Shown: piece after piece, positions 14,288-34,357 of the stretch
Numbering within the stretch: position 1 is the stretch's first letter
Layout: every line of letters starts with the position of its first letter
Program-made: the position numbers and the translations under genes
Notes under the pieces: model-generated
Told to the model about the DNA's origin: nothing
The model's input: the letters and a program-made list of their open reading frames with translations, nothing else
Database searches by the model: none
Source: Mytilus californianus
Taxonomy: Eukaryota
Assembly: GCF_021869535.1 (NCBI RefSeq)
Contig: NW_026262626.1
Span: 27,528,001-27,592,000, forward strand
Direction of reading: 5' to 3'
Length of the DNA: 64,000 nucleotides

Positions 14288-17200
14288 ACTTGTATTGATC
14301 ATGACGTCTGTTTGAGAGAGGGGCCAATATCCTTTTAATGTACCTCAAAGTGAACTTGAAATATCATTGATATTTAATAAAATAATTGACTTAGCTTAAT
14401 CATTTGTGCTGTTTTGAACCACAGAGGACCATAGAATAAAGATGTGAAAACTATGGAGTTATTAAATGTTTCCAAAAAACTTAATTTCCAGCATGATGTC
14501 AAAATAGGGATTTTTCATTCGAAGAAGCACCTTCATAAAGAGCCCGACATTATGTAATGTATGTAAAAACGGTGCTGTAGAAAATAGAAGTAAAGCTATG
14601 TTCGCATTACTTTTTTCCTGTTTCGTAGCGAGTACAAAAACATCTTAAACATTCAGAGATCGACATTGCTGGAACGAAGATTGCGGAAAGGATATCTACA
14701 CAGTCATATAAATACATCATTCTATCATATCATGTTGCTTATGAATGTAATAGAAAATGATTCTATTTGCAGGTTAATCTTAGAAAAACATAGAAATTAT
14801 AACACTAATCTAGAAAACTGTAGACATTTAGTCTTTTCACATTGTCTTAATACACATACTACATCTCTAAATATTCAGATTTTGGACTCATGTTGTGCTA
14901 CTATACAATGTCTAATGTATTTATAGTTGTAATTCTTGTAGAATTTGTTTTTATCAAACGGCATGGTAATATTGTAGCTACATTCAAGTAATCAAAATTA
15001 ATATTTAAATATTAAGTAGGTTTTTAATTTCACGGACAACTTAACATTTGCGATGATGGAATAATTGATGAAAAAAGAAAAATGAACAAATTAAATACTG
15101 TTTATAAATTAGGAGATAACTGTATTGTATTTCAAAGCTTGGTCTATATAAAACGTAGGTTTTACTGTCGCAAATTGAGACGTCCTGGCGTGGCCTATGC
15201 AAATGCCACATTGCAAACTGCACATACACATACATCATACAAAGCCTATGATATTGCGTTGACAGAACTAGAACCTAGTACAATCTAAACTAAAAAGATG
15301 TATAAAGAATCTAAAGAATCAAGGAAATGAATTCAATGTAAATGTGATTATAATGAGAGAAAAAGGTGTTTTTGCAAAGGACGTTGAACAACTGGAACCC
15401 TATTCTTTGTAACTCTTTCACAAAATAAATTCTAGCAGCTTAACTAATTTGATTTGGTTTGATGACTTAACCTAAAAGAAAAATAAATTAAAAAAGAGAT
15501 CATCGCTCTTAATATTTATGAAATACTTGTCACTGAACGTTGAGCAAAAACCTATAATCAATCAACCCAAATCTTATGATAATAATGTAACATAAAATAT
15601 TTGGAAATTCTGAAAGCTTTAACCAATGACGGGCATATATGGCTAGTCTACGCTACTAAAAGGGCAAATCATATGAAACGGTCAACCAATATTCGACTCA
15701 TGTGTCTTTGAAGAAAGATCCAGTGAATAATTCGCGATGTATCGGAATGGTGTTTTGAATTAAATACAGTGTAATGTTACAAATGCCACCGAAGGCACAA
15801 GAGGGGGCCGGGATACATGGATATGTAAAGTTTATAGAGCATCAGTATATACATTTCATGGTTTATTTGAATTCACACTTCCTGAGTTTCCGTTCCCAGT
15901 TTTGTATGCTTGTGTACGTCGCATTTGCGCATGGTTTCGGAATTTTAATAATTGCAGGCCTTTGGAATTTTCGAAAAAAAAATATTTGGTAAAAGGTGGG
16001 AAAGGGGGTTGCCTCGACGTTTTATGAACCATAGATTTTTTAATTTTCAATTTTTTCTCATGAAATCTCATGAAAAAAAAAACCTTAAAAAAGTTTTTGT
16101 AACTTTTTGAAATAGTGAATTTTACCTTGATAAATGTCACAGTCTACGGTATTGCAAAAATAAATGTAGAAAAGAGCATTATATTTCAGGGAAATTAAAT
16201 CAATTACAAAGGTTGAATGAACTAAACTTGGGCATTGTTTCATATTGCTTCATCCGAATAATTCAGTCTTTTTATACAACTGCTATACGATAGCTACATT
16301 AACGCCTGAATACACAGACAATTAAAAAATCGTTAATTAATCATTCGGAATTAGCTCTGGGTTTACCTATCTCGATAAAATTTCCTGCAGGACATTAATC
16401 AAAATCCAGGATTCGTGAAGAGTTTTAAGTCGAATAGGAAATCAAGCCCCCGCAAGTAGGAAAGATCGATTACGGGGAGGGACTGAATTATTCATTTTAC
16501 ATATTCCTAAAAGGGGAAATGTTTTTATTTCAACTTGGCAAAATGCGTCCGATAAATCAGAAACACATATTGATCTTCTCTCTTAAAAATTAATATTCAT
16601 GATCATTTTCTGCCATTAAACATATTTGAAGCACAAACTAATTGAGTTTCTATTTATTCAAAATCTTCTAACATTTTATGCCAACATATACATGCATAAC
16701 TATTTACAATGAACATTAGTCCATTTACCACACAAAAAAGATATAATGGGCAAACATTTTATTATGGTTTGCAACATAATATATCCCACAGAGCGTAACA
16801 GAAATATAAGCGTGCAATATTATTTGATAATCACTAGTGCAAACATACTATTAGTTTCAAATTACCGATGCCATTCGTGACAAAAATATGATATCAACAG
16901 TTTTTCCAGCTGTCTCGCTCCTTTCGGAGTTCCATCAGTTTATGTTTTTTTTTACCTTGATTTGTCTCTTTAACTACTCAATCAATTTACGAGATTTGAA
17001 CATCGATAAACTTCTGCAGCCTTAATTGGACACTTACACTTTACAAGATTCTGTCAGGTTTACCAAACTTCTGCAGCTTTAATTGGACATTTGCACCTTA
17101 CAAGATTCTGTCAGGTTTACCCTTTAACAGATTCTGACAATCCTGCCCTAAAAAAATTTTGTAAAGTTTGACCCAAGAACAGTTTTAGAGAATTCTAGCT

Positions 17201-17982
17201 TTGAACTGATTCCAGATTTATAATTTATTGAAAATTCAAACATTTTTGCGTGCATTTATCATTGCAATTACCAAAATGATAGATTGATTATTGGGATTTC
17301 AGGAAATGCTACACAAATAAAGCTTTTAAAATTTAATGTTCGAAATTTTATTTTTGCGAAACCAATCTAATGACGTCGCTTCTCACAATATTAAAAAAAC
17401 ATCGCAAACATTATGAATTAAAAATGGCTTGCCGGGAGCGTTTTGTCTAAACAAAACTCCGCGGTGAGTGCTGGAATCATTAATAGTTGAAACGCCAAAT
17501 CAGAAAGGAAGCTGCAGAGCATTGAAAACCACAAATTCCAAAAATAAATTGTACTAAATCTGTCATTATAAATCATCTCTGCCTTGGCGTAAAAAACCTT
17601 AGCATTACGAATGATTTTGCGCAAAGGGGTTTTGTTTTCATGCTTCAAATGCTTTATATAAAAAAAATATAAAAACCATTATGTCAAGATTTCTTTTGTT
17701 TTATGTAAAAGCATCGCTTTGTATTTAAACTGTTTAGGCTTCAGTGAACAACACTGAATGAGGAAGAACACTGTACAAGTTGAACTCGTTGTTTTGCACT
17801 TGGAATCTCCTCTTTAAATAGAGGTTTTCACATTTCTAAATAATTTTATTTTGGATGTAACACGTCTTCTGATTGGCTGAAAGTGTAATCAGCTCATAGA
17901 CATAATTTTGTGATGTGACCGTGACGTCACCAAGGTTTTATTCAAAACTTACTACTTAAAAATGGAATTTAAAATTAAATTA

Positions 17983-18138
17983 TAAGGAATGACTGTAATA
18001 TTTTTTCTGTCTATTCGAAATAACCTAAAAAATGTGATGCACACTTATAAATAAGCTGTTACGCGGGTTATTCAATGTGCACCACATTTTTAAGGTTATT
18101 TCTTCATAGACAGAAAAAAATATTACAGTTATTCCTTA
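17983..18138. repeat. ~155-bp imperfect palindrome, probably a transposon end
   Basis: taaggaatgactgtaatattttttctgtctat ... atagacagaaaaaaatattacagttattcctta. Confidence 0.7.
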
Positions 18139-20092
18139 AATGCATTTTGAATGTGCTTTTGAATGGGGAAGTCTCCCAACACTAGACTATTCTGAAATTC
18201 CGTGACGTCACAAAATTTGTGATTAATTCAGAAACACATATTAATTTAATGTCATACAGGGTGTTTAAGTAATCCATGTTCTATCGTAGTATAACATTGT
18301 CTAATAGACATTTGCGGAAACTGGTCTTTACCTAGGATTACACTTAGACTTACGATTACAGTTGACGAAAACCAAGGGGCTCTCTCAAAATAAAAAAAAA
18401 AAAAAATAAACCCATACATCTTTTCGACGACACATGAATGTTTTTAATTCTCCGAATGCGTGTTCAACCTCTACTTTATAGTGTGTAATATTCTATTTAA
18501 TTTTCTACACTTCCTCTGCATATTCTGGGGTTTGTCTCATGTAAGGTGTCAATACTGGATATCTGTTCGAATACATTTTGTCGCCTAGCAAAAACAACTC
18601 AGTCGGGAAAGGTAATTCTTGTACTATATTTCAACATATATTGCTTATGCCAAAGGAATTCGCACTCAACATAACATATCTTGTCTTCGTTCAATATTAC
18701 AACTTGAGTGTGAATGCAGTGACAATGTCTGTGTCCTGGGAAATACTGTTCTTGTAGTTCCGTTATCGGCAACAAACTTTCTGTCGATAGCACTTCTGCA
18801 AACGGAATTTGTGGTCAACCACCTTGTAAGTTCTGCCAATAATCCAAAGAAGGCCAATATATAAGACAGTTATATGTTTCTTGAAATTGGTATACATGTA
18901 TGTGTTTCATCTTTGGTAGTCGAAACACTAAGGTCAACTATTTCAGAAATCATATGATAAGACGGGTACAATTGTAACCATAACATAAAGGAAGAATTCT
19001 GTTTCCCGGGGAAAGCTTATGATCCCGACCGGTTCTCTGTCTGAAGAGACCATTAGAGACGGAGTTTCACCGGTAAAAGGAAAATCGTTTACCTGCAAAA
19101 CAAGTGAACACATTTCTCCCATTCCAAAAGTATACCAGATCATGGCCTATAATATTTTCCTGATTGTATAAATTTTGGTTTGTCGGTGGTCAAGCTAGGA
19201 CTACCAGAGTTAGAATCAGATGATAAATGAAATGTGTACCTTACATTTGGTGGAGTCTGCATCAGGGCTGGCAGCTAATGCTGCCATGGTAAATCTGTGT
19301 CCCTCATCCATAACGGGAAAAAATAAAATAAATGCACGAAATACACTTATCATTTATTAATTTTTCCGTATTAATAGTTCCACTCGCTTTACTAAAGCGG
19401 GTGGTAGGGTGGTATATAGTACTTGGGAATCATACATCTTTTATACGATTACACTTTTGTATCCGCAAATGCTCCCTAACCGACTTAAATAGTGTGTATT
19501 TTTTTTTAAATAAGTTTAGATCTTGCCAAATAATATAAACGTTATTTTTCTACTGTTTTTTGACGTTAACGATACATGTAAAATTAAAAGATGCGTTGGA
19601 GATTTTTTCAAAATATCAGCTTATAATTTATTCTTAATGAAATATAAAAAAGATCTCGTTATAAATGATGTGTCATGTGTTTGATTAAGATGAGGATCCA
19701 TTTAATATTCGTGTGCATTCATATATCTATACAAGCAAAGAGCATTTAAGTCAAGAATGATGTAATATAGTTTTATTTGATAACATATATTAACTACTTT
19801 ATTTCTAAAGAAATAAAAAAAAAAAAATCATCGTTTAAAAAACTTGTTTGACTTTTATTAAATCTAAAATTGGGTTCACAGACATCCGTGTACGTTAAAA
19901 GACAACCTAAGTGCTTTAAGAATATTTAAACGAAGTTCTTGGGAGTCTATACTTTGAAATTCTTGATTTAATTTAAAATGTAATGCGTGTATATGTTTAA
20001 TGCAACTTAAATTACTTTTAAACGAAGAAATGATGCAAAGGGGCATTTAGAACCCATAAGTCGAAGAAAAAAGACTCCACGATGGCAAAAAG

Positions 20093-22107
20093 AACAAGAG
20101 GCTCATGAGAGCCTGATATCGCTCACCTGTAATTTCAGTTTCAGGCATTTGACTTATTTGTAGATCTTACTTTGCTGAACAATTTTGTCATTAACTCTTT
20201 CTCTCTTTCTATAATAATATCAAAGATGATACATAACCCAAAACTGTAAAATTTCATAAAAATTAACTATTTCTGGACAGTAACCCAACAATAAGTTGTC
20301 CTATTAGTCTAAAAATTACTTGACAGGTAGATCGAAACCTGTTTATCACTTTCAGTTTCGCTATTACTGCTTTAGTTTTTGAGATGAAAGCCAAAAACTT
20401 CATTTGACCCCTATGTTCTTTTTTTAGAAACTGCCGCCATGTTTTTGAATGGATCAAATCCCCGAATACAATCTATAAACTAGATACCCTAAGGAACATT
20501 CATTTAAAGTTTTTAAGTATTTGGCCAAGTAGTTTCAGAGAAGAAGTTTTTTGAAAAAGTAATTAGACTTTCACAAAAAATGTAAAAAAAAGACGTTTTA
20601 ATAACTCCTTAAGGGGTCAATTGACTCTTTTGATCATGTTGACTTATTTGTAGATCTTACTTAGCTGAACATTTATTGCCATTTATACTTTCTCTCTATC
20701 TATAATAATATTAAAAAAATTAACCTTAAACAGTAAAATTTAATAAAAATAAACAATTCCAACAGTAAACCAACAATGGGTTGTCGCACTTGTCTGAAAA
20801 TTTCATAACAGATAGATCATGACCCATTTATCACTTAAACTCCCTTTCACTTTTGCTCTAACTGTTGTAGTTTTTGAGATATAAGCTAAAACTGCTTTTG
20901 TCCCCTATGTTCCATTTTTAGCCATTACGACCATGTTTGTTGATGGATCAAAACTTCGGATACAATTTATAAACTAGATACCCTAAGGAACATTCAGTTA
21001 AAGTTTGGAAGTATTTGGCCGAGTAGTTTCAGAGAAGAAGATTTTTGAAAAAGTAATAGACTTGCACGAAAAAATGCAAAAAAAAATTAAACGTTTCAAG
21101 GGCAATAACTCCTTAAGGAGTCAATTGACTATTTTGATCATTTGACTTATTTGTAGATCCTACCTAGCTGAACATTTTTGCCTTTTACACTTTCTCTCTA
21201 TCTATTATAATATTAAAGATAATAACCAAAACAGTAAAATTTCATAAAAATGAACTATTTCCGACAGTAACCCTACAATGGGTGACTTATTCATCACTTT
21301 AACTCCTTTCACTTTTGCTCTAACTGCTATAGTTTTTGAGATATAAGTCAAAAACTGCATTTGACCCCTATGTTCTATTTCTAGCCATGGTGGCCATGTT
21401 TGTTAATGGATCAAAACTTAGGATACAATTTATAAACCATTTACACTAAGGAACATTCAGTTAAAGTTTAGAAGTATTAGGCCCAGTAGTTTCAGAGGAG
21501 AAGATTTTTAAATGTTAGCAAACCTGATGAACAAATTGTGTAAAGTTGTCTTTAAAGGGCAATAACTCCTTAAGGGGTCAATTGACAATTTTGGTCAAAT
21601 TAACTATTTTGTAGATCTTACTTTGCTGAACATTTTTGCAGTTTACAGTTTATCTTTATCTTCAATAATATTCAAGATAATAACCAAAAACTGCAAAATT
21701 TCCTTAAAATTACTTATTTAGTGGCAGCAACCCAAAAATGGGTTGTTCGGTTCGTCTGAAAAGTTTCTGAAAAAGGGATGATAGATCTTGACCTATAGAA
21801 CATTACTACCTCTTGTCAGATTTGCTCTAAATGCTTGTTTTTGAGATATAAGCCAAAAACGGCATTTGACCCCTATGTTCTATTTTTAGCCATGGCGGCC
21901 ACGTTTGTTGATGGATCAAAACTTCGGATACAATTTATAGACTAGATACACTAAGGAACATTCAGTTAAAGTTTGAAGGTATTTGGTCCAGTAGTTTCAG
22001 AGGAGAAAATTCTTGGAATTGTTTACGACGACGACGACGGACGACGACGGACGCCAAGTGATGGCATAAGCTCACATGGGGCACTTCGGGCCCAGGTGAG
22101 CTAAAAA
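20093..22107. mobile_element. Helentron-type non-autonomous element (HINE-like) with ~4 internal tandem repeats of ~460-500 bp
   Basis: Starts AACAAGAGGCTC..GAGCC..GCTCACCTG and ends with (GAC)n microsatellite, then AGCTCAC..CAGGTGAGCTAAAA (subterminal inverted repeat plus hairpin). The marker aactccttaagg recurs at ~20603, 21107 and 21563. Confidence 0.7.
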
Positions 22108-22889
22108 CGTCCAGATTCTACCTCAAGCTCCCAATATGCCATTTTGTATCGAAATCCCGTTGTTCAACTAGAAAAACGTCATAGGTGTTAGTCTTTTTTT
22201 TTAAACCGAAGGTTTATATTTACACTTTGAAACGACCCAAGATTTAAATGCTGCCTGTAAGTGTAATTGTAATCCTAATCGTAGGTGTATGACATTTCCC
22301 GCAAATGTCTATTAAGAACATCATATCAACACACAATTTTATAAAAAGACCAAAATAGTCACTACAACGTCCAACAACAATACAAAATTAATACAGTAAG
22401 CTCATTTTTAGATGCTTGAAGGAAATAATATATGAAAATGCTTAGTCAAAACGTTTTCCTGCATTATAGATAAGAAAAATAAAATGAAGAAAACTTCGAC
22501 TAACAAACTAAACGAAAGACAAAAAGTGAAGTGGAACACATTAGGAAATTATCTCAAGAATATATACACATTTACTGTAAAACTCAAATGTATACGTCAT
22601 TACTCCTGTGCGGGTTACTATCCATTAACGACACAAACAAACTGAAAACTTCGTTGACTAAAGCTTTTGACAATAGTAAATAGGTGACAAAAAACAAGAC
22701 TTAACCACACCGAATACAAATTTAACTAAATACCTAGACTAAATCGGTTTTGATAACAATAAAAAAGCGGTAAGCATATTCTGCTTAGACTGCGACAAAA
22801 ATAATATTTAGTGATTCAAATCGATAATATTTCCATTTTGTCATGCAAAGATCAAATCCATAGAAACTTCAGCACTTGGAAAAAGAAGT

Positions 22890-24079
22890 TTGAGATTAGA
22901 ACAAGAGGCTCTCAAGAGCCTGAATCGCTCACCTGTATATCACAGAGGAGAAGATTTTTAAATGTTAGCAAACTTGATGAACAAATTGTGTAAAATTGTC
23001 TTTAAAGGGCAATAACTCCTTAAGGGGTCAATTGACAATTTTGGTCATATTAACTTTTTTGTAGATCTTACTTTGCTGAACATTATTGCTGCTTACAGTT
23101 TATGTATATATCTATGATAATATTCAAAATAATAACAAAAAACTGCAAAATTTTGTTAAAACTACCAATTCGGTGGCAGCAACCCAACAATGGGTTGTTC
23201 TATTCGTCTGATAATTTCAGGGCCGATAGATCTTGACCAATTCAACAATTTTACCCCATGTCACATTTGCTCTAAATGATGTAGTTTTTGAGATATAAGC
23301 CAAAAACTGCATTTGACCCTTATGTTCTATTTTTAGCCATGGCGGCCATGTTTGTCGATGGATACAAACTTCGGATACACTTTATAAACAAAATACCCTA
23401 AGGAATATTTATTTAAAGTTTGAAGGTAATTGGCCCAGTAGTTTCAGAGGAGAAGATTTTTAAATGTTAGCAAACTTGATGAACAAATTGTGTAAAATTG
23501 TCTTTAAAGGGCAATAACTCCTTAAGGGGTCAACTGACAATTATGGTCATATTAACTTTTTTGTAGATCTTACTTTGCTGAACATTATTGCTGCTTACAG
23601 TTTATATATATCTATAATAATATTCAAAATAATAACAAAAAACTGCAAAATTTTGTTAAAACTACCAATTCAGTAGCAGCAACCCAACAATGGGTTGTTC
23701 GATTCGTCTGAAAATTTCATAGATGATAGATCTTGACCAATGGAACAATTTTACCTCATGTCAGATTTGCTCTAAAAGCTTTAGTTTTTGAGATATAAGC
23801 CAAAAACTGCATTTGACCCCTATATTCTATTTTTAGCCATGGCGGCCATGTTTGTCGATGGATCAAAACTTCGGAAACAATTTATAAACTAGATACCATA
23901 AGGAACATTTAGTTAAAGGTTGAAGGTATTTGGCCAGTAGTTTCAGAGGAGAAGCTTTTTTTACGACGACAGACGACGACGACAGACGACGGACGACGAC
24001 GACAGACGACGGACGACGACGGACGCCAAGTGATGGCATAAGCTCACATGGGGCTCTTCGGGCCCGGGTGAGCTAAAAA
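22890..24079. mobile_element. Second HINE-like copy with 2 internal repeats, inserted just downstream of FReD gene 1
   Basis: Same termini as 20093-22107; internal marker at ~23007 and ~23509. The paralogous locus 41446-41490 (gtttgagattagaaaatgggaag) is the empty site. Confidence 0.75.
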
Positions 24080-24205
24080 GGGAAGTAAAAATTCCTTTGT
24101 GTTACTCTATTTTTCCGTAGATGATAAGTTGTCATGGTAGAGAAAAGTAGTTAAATGGCTTATATTTTTATTGATTATTTTTTGTTCATAAAAAATAAAC
24201 TTCGT

Positions 24206-30449
<6,244 letters not shown>

Positions 30450-30673
30450 TGTGTTCCGATGAATTCTGTAATCTTGACTACATATGTCGCCCTATATCTA
30501 TGAACTTTTAAATAGGTGTTAGCGTGATACATGCGATTTCAGTGGGAGTGTTTTTTGTGATCATAATTTTAACTCAACTTAATTCTGCAAAGTTACTCAG
30601 CTTGTTTTTAAAAAAAAAGGAAACAAAAAGAAAGCGAAAGAAGAATATTGCAAGGGCTAATTAAACCTGTTAA

Positions 30674-30857
30674 GGATGTTCGTTTGTCATGTTTTGGAAT
30701 TTTTGTCAGATTTTCGGAATCCTCTGGCTTTTATCTCGAAAACAAGCACACGGACCCTTCATTTTTTTCTGCTTTTTTAGTTCCTTTATTTATATACTAT
30801 CATTTTAGAACAGTCTTTTAAAAAGCTTGTTATTTTGAAATAGAGTAGCGAACATCC
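30674..30857. mobile_element. MITE with TTAA target duplication (Kolobok/piggyBac-like)
   Basis: TTAA|GGATGTTCG...CGAACATCC|TTAA. A partial relative ends at ~24786. Confidence 0.75.
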
Positions 30858-32095
30858 TTAAGTGGTAAAAAAGACCTTCATCACCATGGCTAAAGGAAAA
30901 GAATCAAACATATAAGCCGTAGTACACAATACACAGAACACTGTATATAACCAAAGAATTTGTTAAGCGCTCAAATCAATTGGCTAAGTCATACAATTTT
31001 TGTGTCATTAACTAACTTAAAGCAATACAAACCCATCCTAATTCAAACACTTAATTAATTGAATAAGCTTTATAATTCTAATGTTGTATGTTCTATCTAA
31101 TGTCATAGGTAAGTTTCATAGCCGTCAAAAGTTTATACATGTATAAACCTACCTTATGACATCAAGTGTATGAATTTCTCACTATACAGGCAAAAAAGTT
31201 GAGTATTAATTTTATTATGATATGATAAACATCTTCAACACTTAGAGAACGTATTCGCATACACCGATTTGACTTACTAAGGCATTCATACTACTGTGGA
31301 TTCATTTTAATTCGTGGTATACCAATTTTCGTGGGTTTCGTGGGTCACAGCGAACCACGAATTTAGGAATTCAACGAAGAATAATCCCGAGAAATGTGTA
31401 TAAATTCGGATTTTTATTTCCGGTTATGTTATGCAGTTCTAGTATAGTGTTGACTAGCGATACACATTGTAACATAGCACGTGTTTTTATTGAATGAAGA
31501 TACAAGTATTTTGATTAAATCAATCATAAAAATATCGAATATCAGTGATAATTTACTTTTTAAAATTGATTAAAACTGTTCATGGAAAATAACTGCAAGT
31601 TGTTAATTACCGTGTCATAGTTTGGTTTACTGGTGACAGGAACATTTATTTTCACACCTTTTACTTATACGACTGTTTATTATATCGTGATTAGGGAAAT
31701 GAGCTTTCAATCATAGAGTTTTGAATGTCTTATATAATTCCGACAAGAAATTATATATTGTAAAACAAACAAATAATTAGCTGTCTCTGTTCATTATTGT
31801 AATAGAAGTTTTCAATGAACACTTTAACCTAGAATGACCAAACGAGGATTTTGACAATTCAAAACTTTTTCAATGAATTCCTTTTTTTTGGTTTGTTTTA
31901 TTATTGATCAAACCAAGGAGATTATATGATCTCCTAAATCAAAAAGAAATCCACGAATTATGTATCTGATTTTTTTTTTGTAATCAGCGGTCCACGAATT
32001 TACGTATACATACCACGAAACGTCTTTTTTTCTCTATCCACGAAAATTCATACCCACGAAAATAAATGAATCCACAGTACTTAATTTTATTATAA

Positions 32096-32690
32096 AAACA
32101 AGAAGATGTGGTATGATTGCCAATGAGACATCTTTATCCAGAGACCAAATGACATAGAAGTTATCAACTTTAGGTCACCGTACGGGTTTCAACAATGAGC
32201 AAAACCCATACCACAGAGTCAGATGTAAAAGGCCCCGAAATAACAAATACAAAACAATCCAAACGAGAAAACTAACGGCCTGATTTATGTACAAAACAAT
32301 AAAATAAAAAAACAAATATGATAAACAGCAACAAACGACAACCACTGAATTACAGGCTCCTGACTTGGGACAGGCACATACATAATGTGTCGGGTTTAAT
32401 CATGTTTGCGGGTGACAACCCTCCCTTAACCGGGCACTGTGGTGTAACAGCACAACATATGAGCACACTTCATAAAATCAGTCGAAAAGGGCTTAACTCA
32501 TCAGATCGATACAAAGCAGAAAAATAGTAACAAAAATTATAGACCGGAGTAGGCGGGGTATTTATACATCACAACAACAAAAAAGACACTAAGTACAGAT
32601 GTGAGAGTACTCGCAGTAACTGACAGCTATTTCAAAGCCAATAACAACAAATAAGGAAAAATGTATTTAAGACTAAAATATCAATCAGTA
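32096..32690 (-). mobile_element. Long copy of the abundant tgtggtatgattgccaatgagacaac family (probable retroelement 3' end)
   Basis: Shorter copies lie near 1250-1360, 1725-1910, 5545-5630, 9100-9190, 10050-10110, 25190-25250, 26910-27080, 33265-33305, 37740-38010 and 44555-44730. It shares the caggctcctgacttgggacaggc block with the tail at 13133-13160. Confidence 0.6.
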
Positions 32691-33346
32691 CTAATCCTTA
32701 CTCAATTCATGTATTATTCCAATAAAATATGTCAAACATGTTAAGTTCAACATATTTCTATACTCATAAGTAGTACAGAATATTTTTACGGAGTCTATTG
32801 ATGGGTTTACTCCGCCTCTCACTCACATACTTCGGAATTTATCTAGTTTGTGAGTTAATCGGCCGAGTTTACCTATCTATAAACTCGTTCAAAATCACCT
32901 TCTACATAAATCTATAGACTTTTCAACATGAACCCCGTGAAAATATAAACACTAAAATAAATTGAGTAGGATTTAATATTATCTTACCTCCTATACGTTT
33001 CTAGGAATATGATTGGCTAAAAGTGTCCGCGAGGAGACCGTGTATATTCCATATTAGGTTAGTAGGGAGGCGGGGCTTATTTCAATACACGGTTAGTAGT
33101 GGAGTTACGACTTTTGCACTATTAGATTATTTAAATGTATTGAAAGTTTTGTTTAATATTGTTATACCAAGGTTGTTCATATTAAATTGTTATTGTTGAC
33201 ATTATTTTTTTTGTGCAGACCAATGGAAGAAGTTCTTAAAATTGAACACTTGAACACTTTAATATAAAAATAAAATGTGGTATGATTGCAAATGAGACAA
33301 CTCTAATCTAAAATCAACAAATAAAGATAGTCGGTAAGATAAATTC

Positions 33347-33407
33347 GTTACATAGTGTGCTAGTGACCCAGTATATATCGTATTAGGTCACTAACACACT
33401 ATGTAAC
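33347..33407. repeat. Isolated hairpin, 22-bp stem with 1 mismatch
   Basis: gttacatagtgtgctagtgacc / ggtcactaacacactatgtaac. Confidence 0.75.
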
Positions 33408-34330
33408 TAATAGTTCAGGTATATCTATAAACTTGATGATTGAGCAATTCGATCCTTGCAAAATTCATACGCTACATTGAGTAGGTTTTAATAGTTTGTT
33501 TATAAATTCACCTATTTATTTACCAACACGAACCCTGTCAAACAATCTGACTGAAATACAGACCCTGTGTCTGAGCTCCGTCTATAGCACATAATCTGTA
33601 TGTTAATCAGATCGCCCGTGAAAATATGAAGTCAAAAATTGAGAACGTTAATATTATAGTTTTAGCCTTTACGTATTCAAATTATCTTATTTAAAAGAAC
33701 CAAAACTTTCACAATAAATTACTATCTGCAAAAACTACGTTTCTTAATTGTACACAAACATCGTATATAGCTGAAGAGAAAGTTCCTCAGCAATTACTCA
33801 TCTAAGTAATAGTATATGTTTGGAAGTCCTAACTCCATGCATATCAAGTCCACATTTAACAGCAAACTTTATTACACATATAAAAATACCATTCATAGAT
33901 CAAAAAAGGTACATTAATTAAATGTATCATATTTGAACAAAAAAATAATATATAGATATCATTAGATTTTTAATGTCGAACATAGTTAAAAAAAAAGAGT
34001 ATAATTTTGTTTCAAAAATCATTTGTAAACTACCACATATTTTTTCTATTGTGAATGGTAAATCCTGCCACACCTTGATTGTAGAGGAATACGAAGATTT
34101 CTTTTAAAATCATAATTTGTTGTTTTTAGTAAAAATAAATTTGTAAACAATCAGTGGAAAGTCCATTTACAATGCTATACATTAGAATAGATTTATTTTT
34201 TTATTTCAATCTTTATGTAAATAATAAGCCTTTAAAAAATTAAAAAATAAAAGTTGATGGAACCAGAACATCAATTCAAGATAGAACAATTATAATTCTT
34301 GTTTCTTTTTTCTGGAGTTTTGTAATTCTG

Positions 34331-34357
34331 CCCCCCCCCCCCCCCCCCCCCCCCCCC
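34331..34357. repeat. Poly-C tract (~27 nt)
   Basis: Direct reading. Confidence 0.85.

Noticed and set aside
14287-14348. Treating MRYIKRILAPL.. as the real N-terminus of the RT
   Set aside because: Homology starts at ADLFLY; the upstream codons are flanking DNA that happens to be in frame.
15082-15288. 68-aa plus-strand ORF
   Set aside because: No recognisable domain or splice context; the length is compatible with chance.
32470-32510. Possible hammerhead at minus-strand CTGATGAGTT
   Set aside because: No GAAA box or GUH triplet follows the putative stem II. The same applies to CTGATGA at ~10326, 26712, 38755 and 44375.
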